A stretch of 64,000 bases of DNA from Macrostomum lignano (GCA_002269645.1 NIVC01000247.1:558001-622000); one strand, 5' to 3'; positions 38,301 through 51,130 are shown, numbered from the stretch's first letter. The notes: a model not told the origin generated them from the letters alone. Numbers and translations: made by a program.

Positions 38301-41300
38301 GGACACCTGCTGCATCAAAGCTGCCGAAAAAGCTGCAAACAATGGTCACTTTGAAATCGTCAAGTTTCTCGTCCCACAAATCAATGACCAATCAAACAGG
38401 GACACCTGCTGCATCGAAGCTGCCTGCTGTCAAGTTTCTCTCGTCACAAATCAATGACCAATCAAACAGGGACACCTGCTGCATCAAAGCTGCCGAAAAT
38501 GCTGCACTCCGTGGTCACTTTGAAATCGTCAAGTTTTTCCTGTCACAAATCAATGACCAATCAAACAGGGACACCTGCTGCATCAAAGCTGCCGAAAAGC
38601 TGCACTCCGTGGTCACTTTGAAATCGTCAAGTTTCTCGTCCCACAAATCAATGACCAATCAAACAGGGACACCTGCTGCATCAAAGCTGCCGAAAATGCT
38701 GCACTCCGTGGTCACTTTGAAATCGTCAAGTTTTTCCTGTCACAAATCAATGACCAATCAAACAGGGACACCTGCTGCATCAAAGCTGCCGAAAATGCTG
38801 CACTCCGTGGTCACTTTGAAATCGTCAAGTTTCTCCTCTCACAAATCAATGACCAATCAAACAGGGACACCTGCTGCATCAAAGCTGCCGAAAATGCTGC
38901 AGACAATGGTCACTTTGAAATCGTCAAGTTTCTCCTCTCACAAATCAATGACCAATCAAACAGGGACACCTGCTGCATCAAAGCTGCCGAAAATGCTGCA
39001 CTCCGTGGTCACTTTGAAATCGTCAAGTTTCTCCTCTCACAAATCAATGACCAATCAAACAGGGACACCTGCTGCATCAAAGCTGCCGAAAATGCTGCAC
39101 TCCGTGGTCACTTTGAAATCGTCAAGTTTTCCTCTCACAAATCAATGACCAATCAAACAGGGACACCTGCTGCATCAAAGCTGCCGAAAATGCTGCACAA
39201 TGGTCACTTTGAAATCGTCAAGTTTCTCCTCTCACAAATCAATGACCAATCAAACAGGGACACCTGCTGCATCAAAGCTGCCGAAAAAGCTGCACTCCGT
39301 GGTCACTTTGAAATCGTCAAGTTTCTCCTCTCACAAATCAATGACCAATCAAACAGGGACACCTGCTGCATCAAAGCTGCCGAAAATGCTGCAAACAATG
39401 GTCACTTTGAAATCGTCAAGTTTCTCCTCTCACAAATCAATGACCAATCAAACAGGGACACCTGCTGCATCAAAGCTGCCGAAAATGCTGCACTCCGTGG
39501 TCACTTTGAAATCGTCAAGTTTCTCCTCTCACAAATCAATGACCAATCAAACAGGGACACCTGCTGCATCAAAGCTGCCGAAGATGCTGCAATTCGTGGT
39601 CACTTTGAAATCGTCAAGTTTCTCGTCCCACAAATCAATGACCAATCAAACAGGGACACCTGCTGCATCAAAGCTGCCGAAAATGCTGCAAACAATGGTC
39701 ACTTTGAAATCGTCAAGTTTCTCCTCTCACAAATCAATGACCAATCAAACAGGGACACCTGCTGCATCAAAGCTGCCGAAAATGCTGCAAACAATGGTCA
39801 CTTTGAAATCGTCAAGTTTCTCCTCTCACAAATCAATGACCAATCAAACAGGGACACCTGCTGCATCAAAGCTGCCGAAAATGCTGCACTCCGTGGTCAC
39901 TTTGAAATCGTCAAGTTTCTCCTCTCACAAATCAATGACCAATCAAACAGGGACACCTGCTGCATCAAAGCTGCCGAAAATGCTGCACTCCGTGGTCACT
40001 TTGAAATCGTCAAGTTTCTCCTCTCACAAATCAATGACCAATCAAACAGGGACACCTGCTGCATCAAAGCTGCCGAAAATGCTGCACTCCGTGGTCACTT
40101 TGAAATCGTCAAGTTTCTCGTCCCACAAATCAATGACCAATCAAACAGGGACACCTGCTGCATCAAAGCTGCCGAAAATGCTGCATGTCACTTTGAAATC
40201 GTCAAGTTTCTCCTCTCACAAATCAATGACCAATCAAACAGGGACACCTGCTGCATCAAAGCTGCCGAAAATGCTGCAAAGAAGGGTCACTTTGAAATCG
40301 TCAAGTTTCTCCTCTCACAAATCAATGACCAATCAAACAGGGACACCTGCTGCATCAAAGCTGCCGAAAATGCTGCACTCCGTGGTCACTTTGAAATCGT
40401 CAAGTTTCTCCTCTCACAAATCAATGACCAATCAAACAGGGACACCTGCTGCATCAAAGCTGCCGAAAATGCTGCAGACAATGGTCACTTTGAAATCGTC
40501 AAGTTTCTCGTCCCACAAATCAATGACCAATCAAACAGGGACACCTGCTGCATCAAAGCCGCCGAAAAAGCTGCAAACAATGGTCACTTTGAAATCGTCA
40601 AGTTTCTCGTCCACAAATCAATGACCAATCAAACAGGGACACCTGCTGCATCAAAGCTGCCGAAAAGCTGCAAACAATGGTCACTTTGAAATCGTCAAGT
40701 TTCTCGTCCCACAAATCAATGACCAATCAAACAGGGACACCTGCTGCATCAAAGCTGCCGAAAATGCTGCACTCCGTGGTCACTTTGAAATCGTCAAGTT
40801 TCTCCTCTCACAAATCAATGACCAATCAAACAGGGACACCTGCTGCATCAAAGCTGCCGAAAATGCTGCACTCCGTGGTCACTTTGAAATCGTCAAGTTT
40901 CTCCTCTCACAAATCAATGACCAATCAAACAGGGACACCTGCTGCATCAAAGCTGCCGAAAATGCTGCACAATGGTCACTTTGAAATCGTCAAGTTTCTC
41001 GTCCCACAAATCAATGACCAATCAAACAGGGACACCTGCTGCATCAAAGCTGCCGAAAATGCTGCACTCCGTGGTCACTTTGAAATCGTCAAGTTTCTCC
41101 TCTCACAAATCAATGACCAATCAAACAGGGACACCTGCTGCATCAAAGCTGCCGAAAATGCTGCACTCCGTGGTCACTTTGAAATCGTCAAGTTTCTCCT
41201 CTCACAAATCAATGACCAATCAAACAGGGACACCTGCTGCATCAAAGCTGCCGAAAATGCTGCAGACAATGTCACTTTGAAATCGTCAAGTTTCTCGTCT

Positions 41301-44300
41301 CAAAATCAATGACCAATCAAACAGGGACACCTGCTGCATCAAAGCTGCCGAAAAAGCTGCAAAAATGGTCACTTTGAAATCGTCAAGTTTCTCCTCTCAC
41401 AAATCAATGACCAATCAAACAGGGACACCTGCTGCATCAAAGCTGCCGAAAAAGCTGCAAACAATGGTCACTTTGAAATCGTCAAGTTTCTCGTCTCACA
41501 AATCAATGACCAATCAAACAGGGACACCTGCTGCATCAAAGCTGCCGAAAATGCTGCAGACAATGGTCACTTTGAAATCGTCAAGTTTCTCCTCTCACAA
41601 ATCAATGACCAATCAAACAGGGACACCTGCTGCATCAAAGCTGCCGAAAATGCTGCACTCCGTGGTCACTTTGAAATCGTCAAGTTTCTCCTCTCACAAA
41701 TCAATGACCAATCAAACAGGGACACCTGCTGCATCAAAGCTGCCGAAAATGCTGCACTCCGTGGTCACTTTGAAATCGTCAAGTTTCTCCTCTCACAAAT
41801 CAATGACCAATCAAACAGGGACACCTGCTGCATCAAAGCTGCCGAAAATGCTGCACTCCGTGGTCACTTTGAAATCGTCAAGTTTCTCCTCTCACAAATC
41901 AATGACCAATCAAACAGGGACACCTGCTGCATCAAAGCTGCCGAAAATGCTGCACAATGGTCACTTTGAAATCGTCAAGTTTCTCCTCTCACAAATCAAT
42001 GACCAATCAAACAGGGACACCTGCTGCATCAAAGCTGCCGAAAATGCTGCACTCCGTGGTCACTTTGAAATCGTCAAGTTTCTCCTCTCACAAATCAATG
42101 ACCAATCAAACAGGGACACCTGCTGCATCAAAGCTGCCGAAGATGCTGCAATTCGTGGTCACTTTGAAATCGTCAAGTTTCTCGTCCCACAAATCAATGA
42201 CCAATCAAACAGGGACACCTGCTGCATCAAAGCTGCCGAAAATGCTGCAAACAATGGTCACTTTGAAATCGTCAAGTTTCTCCTCTCACAAATCAATGAC
42301 CAATCAAACAGGGACACCTGCTGCATCAAAGCTGCCGAAAATGCTGCAAACAATGGTCACTTTGAAATCGTCAAGTTTCTCCTCTCACAAATCAATGACC
42401 AATCAAACAGGGACACCTGCTGCATCAAAGCTGCCGAAAATGCTGCACTCCGTGGTCACTTTGAAATCGTCAAGTTTCTCCTCTCACAAATCAATGACCA
42501 ATCAAACAGGGACACCTGCTGCATCAAAGCTGCCGAAAATGCTGCACTCCGTGGTCACTTTGAAATCGTCAAGTTTCTCCTCTCACAAATCAATGACCAA
42601 TCAAACAGGGACACCTGCTGCATCAAAGCTGCCGAAAATGCTGCACTCCGTGGTCACTTTGAAATCGTCAAGTTTCTCCTCTCACAAATCAATGACCAAT
42701 CAAACAGGGACACCTGCTGCATCAAAGCTGCCGAAAATGCTGCACTGTGGTCACTTTGAAATCGTCAAGTTTCTCCTCTCACAAATCAATGACCAATCAA
42801 ACAGGGACACCTGCTGCATCAAAGCTGCCGAAAATGCTGCAAAGATGGTCACTTTGAAATCGTCAAGTTTCTCCTCTCACAAATCAATGACCAATCAAAC
42901 AGGGACACCTGCTGCATCAAAGCTGCCGAAAATGCTGCACTCCGTGGTCACTTTGAAATCGTCAAGTTTCTCCTCTCACAAATCAATGACCAATCAAACA
43001 GGGACACCTGCTGCATCAAAGCTGCCGAAAATGCTGCACAATGGTCACTTTGAAATCGTCAAGTTTCTCGTCCACAAATCAATGACCAATCAAACAGGGA
43101 CACCTGCTGCATCGAAGCTGCCGAAAAAGCTGCAAACAATGGTCACTTTGAAATCGTCAAGTTTCTCGTCCCACAAATCAATGACCAATCAAACAGGGAC
43201 ACCTGCTGCATCGAAGCTGCCGAAAAAGCTGCAAACAATGGTCACTTTGAAATCGTCAAGTTTCTCGTCCCACAAATCAATGACCAATCAAACAGGGACA
43301 CCTGCTGCATCAAAGCTGCCGAAAATGCTGCACTCCGTGGTCACTTTGAAATCGTCAAGTTTCTCCTCTCACAAATCAATGACCAATCAAACAGGGACAC
43401 CTGCTGCATCAAAGCTGCCGAAAATGCTGCACTCCGTGGTCACTTTGAAATCGTCAAGTTTCTCCTCTCACAAATCAATGACCAATCAAACAGGGACACC
43501 TGCTGCATCAAAGCTGCCGAAAATGCTGCACTGTGTCACTTTGAAATCGTCAAGTTTCTCCTCTCACAAATCAATGACCAATCAAACAGGGACACCTGCT
43601 GCATCAAAGCTGCCGAAAATGCTGCACTGTGGTCACTTTGAAATCGTCAAGTTTCTCCTCTCACAAATCAATGACCAATCAAACAGGGACACCTGCTGCA
43701 TCAAAGCTGCCGAAAATGCTGCACTCCGTGGTCACTTTGAAATCGTCAAGTTTCTCCTCTCACAAATCAATGACCAATCAAACAGGGACACCTGCTGCAT
43801 CAAAGCTGCCGAAAATGCTGCACAATGGTCACTTTGAAATCGTCAAGTTTCTCGTCTCAAAATCAATGACCAATCAAACAGGGACACCTGCTGCATCAAA
43901 GCTGCCGAAAAAGCTGCAAAAGATGATGACTTTGAAAGCGTCAAGTTTCTCCTCTCACAAATCAATGACCAATCAAACAGGGACACCTGCTGCATCGAAG
44001 CTGCCGAAAAAGCTGCAAACAATGGTCACTTTGAAATCGTCAAGTTTCTCGTCTCACAAATCAATGACCAATCAAACAGGGACACCTGCTGCATCAAAGC
44101 TGCCGAAAATGCTGCAGACAATGGTCACTTTGAAATCGTCAAGTTTCTCCTCTCACAAATCAATGACCAATCAAACAGGGACACCTGCTGCATCAAAGCT
44201 GCCGAAAATGCTGCACTGTGTCACTTTGAAATCGTCAAGTTTCTCCTCTCACAAATCAATGACCAATCAAACAGGGACACCTGCTGCATCAAAGCTGCCG

Positions 44301-47300
44301 AAAATGCTGCACTCCGTGGTCACTTTGAAATCGTCAAGTTTCTCCTCTCACAAATCAATGACCAATCAAACAGGGACACCTGCTGCATCAAAGCTGCCGA
44401 AAATGCTGCACTCCGTGGTCACTTTGAAATCGTCAAGTTTCTCCTCTCACAAATCAATGACCAATCAAACAGGGACACCTGCTGCATCAAAGCTGCCGAA
44501 AATGCTGCACTGTGGTCACTTTGAAATCGTCAAGTTTCTCCTCTCACAAATCAATGACCAATCAAACAGGGACACCTGCTGCATCAAAGCTGCCGAAAAT
44601 GCTGCACTGTGGTCACTTTGAAATCGTCAAGTTTCTCCTCTCACAAATCAATGACCAATCAAACAGGGACACCTGCTGCATCAAAGCTGCCGAAAATGCT
44701 GCACTGTGTCACTTTGAAATCGTCAAGTTTCTCCTCTCACAAATCAATGACCAATCAAACAGGGACACCTGCTGCATCAAAGCTGCCGAAAATGCTGCAC
44801 TCCGTGGTCACTTTGAAATCGTCAAGTTTCTCCTCTCACAAATCAATGACCAATCAAACAGGGACACCTGCTGCATCAAAGCTGCCGAAAAAGCTGCACT
44901 CCGTGGTCACTTTGAAATCGTCAAGTTTCTCGTCCCACAAATCAATGACCAATCAAACAGGGACACCTGCTGCATCAAAGCTGCCGAAAATGCTGCACTC
45001 CGTGGTCACTTTGAAATCGTCAAGTTTCTCGTCCCACAAATCAATGACCAATCAAACAGGGACACCTGCTGCATCAAAGCTGCCGAAAATGCTGCAGACA
45101 ATGATCACTTTGAAATCGTCAAGTTTCTCGTCCCTCAAATCAATGACCAATCAAACAGGGACACCTGCTGCATCAAAGCTGCCAAAAATGCTGCAGACAA
45201 TGGTCACTTTGAAGTCGTTGATTTTCTTTTTTCGTGTCTCTCAAGTCCCGATAAGAGAGCGAATCTCCGTTTCCAATGCGCAGTCGCAGCTTGCTCTCGT
45301 CTTCACGAAAATTTCGTTGCCTCCCTGAGCCTCGAGCCCGACTGGCTCTTTCAATCCAGCACCATCCTCAGCTTCATTGCAGCAATGGCCATCGAAGGCA
45401 GCAACTCTGTTCTCACCGACACCCTCTCTCGAATGCAGCCAGATCAAATCACACAGCTGCTCTGTCTCTCCATCTCTCAAAGACACGTCGCTGCTGCCGC
45501 CACACTGCTCAATCATAAGCGATTCAGCACACAGCATGTCGATCTCCCAGACGACAACACCGGAGCCACCGCTCTCATGCTCGCAGCTGATGCAGGTCAT
45601 CACGAACTCATTCACAAACTCATCGATCTCGGCGCCTCACTGCACGCTCAAGACACTCACGGTCGCACTGCTCTGTCACGAGCCTGCCAAGCCGGTCACG
45701 TGCGAGCAGCCAAGACTCTCATCGACAATGGAGCCGATGCCAGCCATCGAGACAATCAGGGCCTCACGTGTGCGCATCTCGCACAGCGATTTGAGCAGCG
45801 GCAGGTGCTGCGGCTGCTAAATCCCACCGAGTCAGTTGCCATTTGTTGTCATTAGTTGCAATTCTACTTGCAATCACTTCGCTACTTTACCTCGCTTTCC
45901 TTCACGCATTCCAGAATAACACAGCACCTACAGCCAGCCGCTCACCGCCTCCATCCGTGAGTCTGACCGCTTTCATTCCCCATTTCCTTCTTTGGGTGGA
46001 GCTTGGGCCACTCAGCAAATCCGCCTCCACTCACTCCACTCTCACCTCTCCCCAGACTCTGGGACCACTCCGAGCAGGACCGCCGTCTAAGCAGGGAGCT
46101 GCATCGACTGCTCAGCGATGCGGGATTCACCGAGCAGAGAGCAAAGTGTCAGCAGAGACTGGCTGACTGGCTGCAACAAGTCGCTCGAGTCCTCACACAG
46201 GATGGCAGGCAGATGACGGGCAGCTACGCAGAGGGCTGGGCCAACAGTCTGGTGCAAGTGAACGGCAGGACAGCTGCAGACTCGGACATTGACTGGACTG
46301 TGCTGGTTGCTGGGCAAGAGTTCCATCTGGAAGGTGGCTGTGAACAGAAGAGTTGGCGTGATTCCTGCAAAGACGCCACTCCGCTGCAGGTCAAGGAGGG
46401 CCACGCACAGGTGGCAGTCGGAGCAGGTCAGTGAGGCTGGGTTCTTCATCCCAATCCCCATGCCAATCCAAGACTCTTAAATCTGCTCAATTATTTATTG
46501 GATACCGAGTGGCTGAATTTCTGAGTTCATAAGTTCAACATGAGTTCGAAACCTTGTTGAAATACCATGCAGCACTCATTTCGCTTGAAATACAAATTGT
46601 GGCAACTAATCACTCCGATCGCACCTATCTCATAGGTTATGAAACAATTATTATGCAATTTCAGGCACATACATTATAAGCATGCATACAGTACGCAATA
46701 CGTGAAAACCTGATCTGAATGAAAGTAAAATAATTGTCTCTTTACCTAACCATCATCAACTCCGTTGCGGTGCCCCTGCAAGCATTGCAACGAATTATTG
46801 ATTGCAGTAGTAGCACTGACACATGAGAAGAACGAACTCAACTAACACATTCAGGCAGTTTCAACCAACCCATCTTTTCCACTCGCCACAAAGCGACTCT
46901 CCGCTCACTGCGCTCTGCAGGCAGCCAACCTGCAGTGACAGCCACGGCGTGCGGTGTGCGGCCTGCACAGGACACGTGCCATGCGATCGAGTGCTGCAGC
47001 AGTTTCTGTAAGGACAGGATTGAAAAACTGGTTGGATACAGTGGTTTTGTTCACCTCGTTCGGGCGACCAGACCGAGCTCGACCAACGAGCTCAGAGTGA
47101 GCTTCAGCTTCCTAGAGAAACACATCATGAGACGGCTGAGCACAGTCCAGGGCCAGTTGTTCACACTCATCAAGTTCATCTTCAAGAGACACTTGCCGCT
47201 CACTCTGGCCACACCTGGACTCAAGACCTACCATGCAAAGACTCTACTATTCTTCATGCTGGAGAAGCATGGCACAGATCCTAAAACTGAGGCTTGGCAG

Positions 47301-48398
47301 CCCCACAATCTGATCGCTCTGCTCAAGGAGTCTCTCGACATGATGCTGAGCTTCATCGACTCAAGCAGCAGCTCGCCCGATGAGTGCATGCCGCACTTCT
47401 TCATGCTCAACGCTCCGCTCTACTTCAAGAACGCTGGAATCGGCGGCGACTTTGACAACACGAAGGCGAGGATTCGAGACCGACTTTGTGAGCTGAGAAG
47501 CGACATCGGCGGAGTGGTCGAGCAGCTGAGGAGACTCGTGAGACCTCTGCAGTCAGAGAAGTTCTATTTTCACCCGTTCACTCTGCTGCCTCTGACAGCG
47601 CCGCCTGCTGTCACGAAGATCAGGGAAGGAAGTGATCGCTATCCAACAATGTACTACAAGTTCGCAGACGTGTACAGTGTGGTGCACCAGTGTGTGAGCG
47701 AGCTGCAGTCGGAATCGAGAGACAGAGACACCCTGATGAGGCAGCTCAGTCTCCTGCATGAGCTGCAGTGGTGCAAGTGCGCCGCCCTGTGCATGACCGC
47801 CATGGCGCATTTGAAGTTCGGAGAATCTGAGGAGGCTGATAGACTCGCGATGGAGCTGCAGAGACATCAGGTTGAGTCAGGGTTGAAGCCAAATGATATT
47901 CGAAAAGAGAGCTACATTACAAAACTGCCAGAAGACTCAGACTGGGCGTGGAGGTTCTGCCTCCCCTGCGACTCTCCGCCTCGCTTCCCATTCCTTCCCG
48001 AGTTCACGCAGACTCTGTTCACAGCCAGACTGTCGCAGCCTCTCTCCTCCCACCTGTACGTAAACTTCCGCTGCCTGAGCTGGAGTCTCCAAGCTGAGCT
48101 GCTCCGCAATCGCGCACCTGCAATCGCATTCGATCATTGGATTGAACAGCTGCTTGGAGACCCGGACTTGGAGGAGCTGCTCACTCTGGCTCACTACAGC
48201 GACTGCCGCGAGCACGTGGAGCTCAGCCTGCAGCAGATGGAGATGATCGAGAAAGAGAGACGCGTCGCCATGGAGACGCAGGACGAGGAGAAGATCGGCT
48301 GGGTCAGGCAGAAGCTGGAGAGACTTGATGCAGCAGCTGGAGTCCTCAAAGTCGAGTCGCAAAGTGGAGGTCGGAAAATGAAGGCTGAGTCAGACTGA
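35316..48398 (+). CDS. Giant ankyrin-array / Mab-21 (cGAS-like receptor) gene; exons 35316-45830, 45915-45956, 46056-46426, 46921-48398; frameshifts within the array as assembled
   Basis: ATG GGC (MGQNQS), about 100 x 33-aa ANK-like units, then canonical ANK repeats (GATALMLAADAGH, GRTALSRACQAGH). Three GT-AG introns have matching phases (2, 2, 1). NTase motifs GSYAEG...DSDID and DTCHAI; Mab-21 motifs LRVSFSFLEK, LKTYHAKTLLF and MPHFF. Confidence 0.85.
35380..45230 (+). repeat. 99-bp coding tandem repeat (about 100 units) encoding GHFEIVKFLLSQINDQSNRDTCCIKAAENAA-xx
   Basis: Period of 99 bp over about 9.85 kb; the AAxxGHFEIVKFLL pattern matches the ankyrin consensus. Confidence 0.95.
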
Positions 48399-48519
48399 CT
48401 GCCTGGAGCGGTGTTCGATGCTGACCTAATTTCATGTAGCTTGGGTTAGTTTAAGAAACTGCTTATTCTGGTGCATTCTGACTTGATGGGGTTGTGCCGG
48501 TTCTGCATGAAAACACCTA

Positions 48520-48750
48520 TACATGCTGTTGGATTGTCTGTACATGCTGTTGGATTGTCTCTACATGCTGTTGGATTGTCTGTACATGCTGTTGGATTGT
48601 CTCTACATGCTGTTGGATTGTCTGTACATGCTGTTGGATTGTCTCTTCATGCTGTTGGATTGTCTCTTCATGCTGTTGGATTGTCTCTTCATGCTGTTGG
48701 ATTGTCTCTTCATGCTGTTGGATTGTCTGTACATGCTGTGGGATTGTCTC
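48520..48750. repeat. 21-bp minisatellite, about 11 copies
   Basis: CATGCTGTTGGATTGTCT(G/C)TA. Confidence 0.95.
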
Positions 48751-48818
48751 TAAGAACCTGCTCTCAGAATGAGCTCAATCAGTCAGCAAGTTGATTTCAT
48801 GTACTTTAATCATGTAGT

Positions 48819-48965
48819 CATGAACATTCAGTGACTGACAGCCTGACATCTCCCTCATGAACAGTCAGTGACTGACAGCCTGACAGCTCCCTCATGAACA
48901 TTCAGTGACTGACAGCCTGACAGCTCCCTCATGAACATTCAGTGACTGACAGCCTGACAGCTCCC
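48819..48965. repeat. 37-bp tandem repeat, about 4 copies
   Basis: CATGAACATTCAGTGACTGACAGCCTGACAGCTCCCT. Confidence 0.9.
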
Positions 48966-49611
48966 CAGTGTGCATCAAGTACAATTCCATTATTTTATTT
49001 ATTGCTGTTTCGTATTGGCCAAAATACTTCGTAGATATATGATAAAATTCCCCAGTCTGTAATTCAGTATTTCAGCTGTCTTTGGTAAAATACGCTTGTA
49101 CTGCACTTATTTAACCATGCTTGCTTGCTTTTTCCAGTCTGCAAATAAATTTGAAAATGAATTCTCCAGCTCACCCTTTGTGTTCTCTGCCCCACAATGC
49201 TGCCTTGAAAGTGTCGCCTGATGAAGAATGACTTTTGAGTTAAAAATCAAAATTCCTGAAAAACGAGAATCCTACCGGGAATCCCGTGCAAGACCCTAAA
49301 ATTTATCATTAACGAAATCCCTGAAGACAAAAATAAAAGTACATAAAAGGCTGCAAGGCCACAATAACATCAAAGGTCAGCCGGCACCTCCTCAGCCAGC
49401 AGGCAGTCGCAGAATCGCCGGTGGTTGCCTGCAGCGCCAGCAGCGGCACCTCCTGAACTTCCGGCTGTGGGTGGCCGCTCGGCTCTGCAGCATCTGCAGT
49501 GCAGCAGCCGCCTCAGCCTGCGGTTCGAGCGACTCCGCCAGCGTCCGGGTCTCGGCGTTGCATGGAGCTGCGCCGCCCTCTGACGGTCAGGCAGGGCCTG
49601 CAGGACCGCCC

Positions 49612-50140
49612 GCACACAGCCAAAGGCAGCCCTCACACAGCCAAATGCAGCCCTCACACAGTCAAATGCAGCCCTCACACAGCCAAATGCAGCCCTCACA
49701 CAGCGTCAGGCAGCCCTCACACAGTCAAAGGCAGCCCTCACACAGCCAAATGCAGCCCTCACACAGCGACAGGCAGCCCTCACACAGCCAAAGGCAGCCC
49801 TCACACAGCGTCAGGCAGCCCTCACACAGTCAAAGGCAGCCCTCACACAGCCAAAGGCAGCCCTCACACAGCCAAAGGCAGCCCTCACACAGCGACAGGC
49901 AGCCCTCACACAGCCAAAGGCAGCCCTCACACAGCGACAGGCAGCCCTCACACAGCCAAAGGCAGCCATCACACAGCCACAGGCAGCCCTCACACAGCCA
50001 AAGGCAGCCCTCACACAGCCAAAGGCAGCCATCACACAGCCACAGGCAGCCCTCACACAGCCAAATGCAGCCCTCACACAGCGACAGGCAGCCATCACAC
50101 AGCCAAAGACAGCCCACACACAGCCAAACACAGCCTGACA
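49612..50140. repeat. 21-bp minisatellite, about 25 copies
   Basis: CACACAGCCAAAGGCAGCCCT. Confidence 0.95.
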
Positions 50141-50371
50141 CAGCCAAAGAAACGCAGAGGAAAGAACACTGCATAGATAATCAATCAAACAAATGAATCT
50201 CCCAGCTCAATTTATTTAGTCTAAACCGCTTTCTAGGAAACAAAGCTTTCTAGGAAACCAAGCTTTCTAGGAAATATGCGCAAAAATATACGCTTGTACA
50301 AATCTTTTGAGACTTTTTAACTTTCAGCTTTAAATGGTTATCTCTAGATCATGACTGACTCATCTGTATTA

Positions 50372-50640
50372 GCGCCACTGACTCATCTGCAATTGGTGCC
50401 ACTGACTCATCTGCAATTGGTGCCACTGACTCATCTGTATTAGCGCCACTGACTCATCTGCAATTGGTGCCACTGACTCATCTGCAATTGGTGCCACTGA
50501 CTCATCTGTATTAGCGCCACTGACTCATCTGCAATTGGTGCCACTGACTCATCTGCAATTGGTGCCACTGACTCATCTGCAATTGGTGCCACTGACTCAT
50601 CTGCAATTGGTGCCACTGACTCATCTGTATTGGCGCCATC
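50372..50640. repeat. 24-bp minisatellite, about 11 copies, each containing TGACTCA
   Basis: GCCACTGACTCATCTGCAATTGGT. Confidence 0.95.
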
Positions 50641-50843
50641 TCATCCCACACGCTATCTGATCCCACACTATCTGATCTCACACCCTATCTGATCCCACAC
50701 CTTATTTGATCCCACACCCTATCTGATTCCACACTATCTGATCTCACACCTTATCTGATCCCACACCCTATCTGATCCCACACTATCTGATCCCACACCT
50801 TATCTGATCCCACACCCTATCTCATCCCACAGATAGGGTGTGA
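50640..50843. repeat. 16-17-bp minisatellite (ATCTGATCCCACACCCT) followed by an inverted copy of the unit
   Basis: Tandem units, then AGATAGGGTGTGAG at about 50832, the reverse complement of CTCACACCCTATCT. Confidence 0.85.
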
Positions 50844-50943
50844 GTGTTCCTGGGAAAGTCCAGATGCTTAGATATATATTAAGCTTATCACTTTTTATAG
50901 AACAGGCCTACTAACTTTCTTAGTAGTGAAGACGTACAGAATC

Positions 50944-51130
50944 GGACAGAATTACCTTGACTTTGCTCCCAATTAGGACAGAATTACCTTGACTTTGCTC
51001 CCAATTAGGACAGAATTACCTTGACTTTGCTCCCAATTAGGACAGAATTACCTTGACTTTGCTCCCAATTAGGACAGAATTACCTTGACTTTGCTCCCAA
51101 TTAGGACAGAATTACCTTGATTTTGCTTCC
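50944..51130. repeat. 32-bp tandem repeat, about 6 copies
   Basis: GGACAGAATTACCTTGACTTTGCTCCCAATTA. Confidence 0.95.

Noticed and set aside
35380-45230. TAL-effector homology for the 33-aa repeats
   Set aside because: The sequence matches the ankyrin AAxxGH..IVK.LL consensus, not the TALE LTPxQVVAIAS consensus. Only the variable-diresidue analogy is kept.
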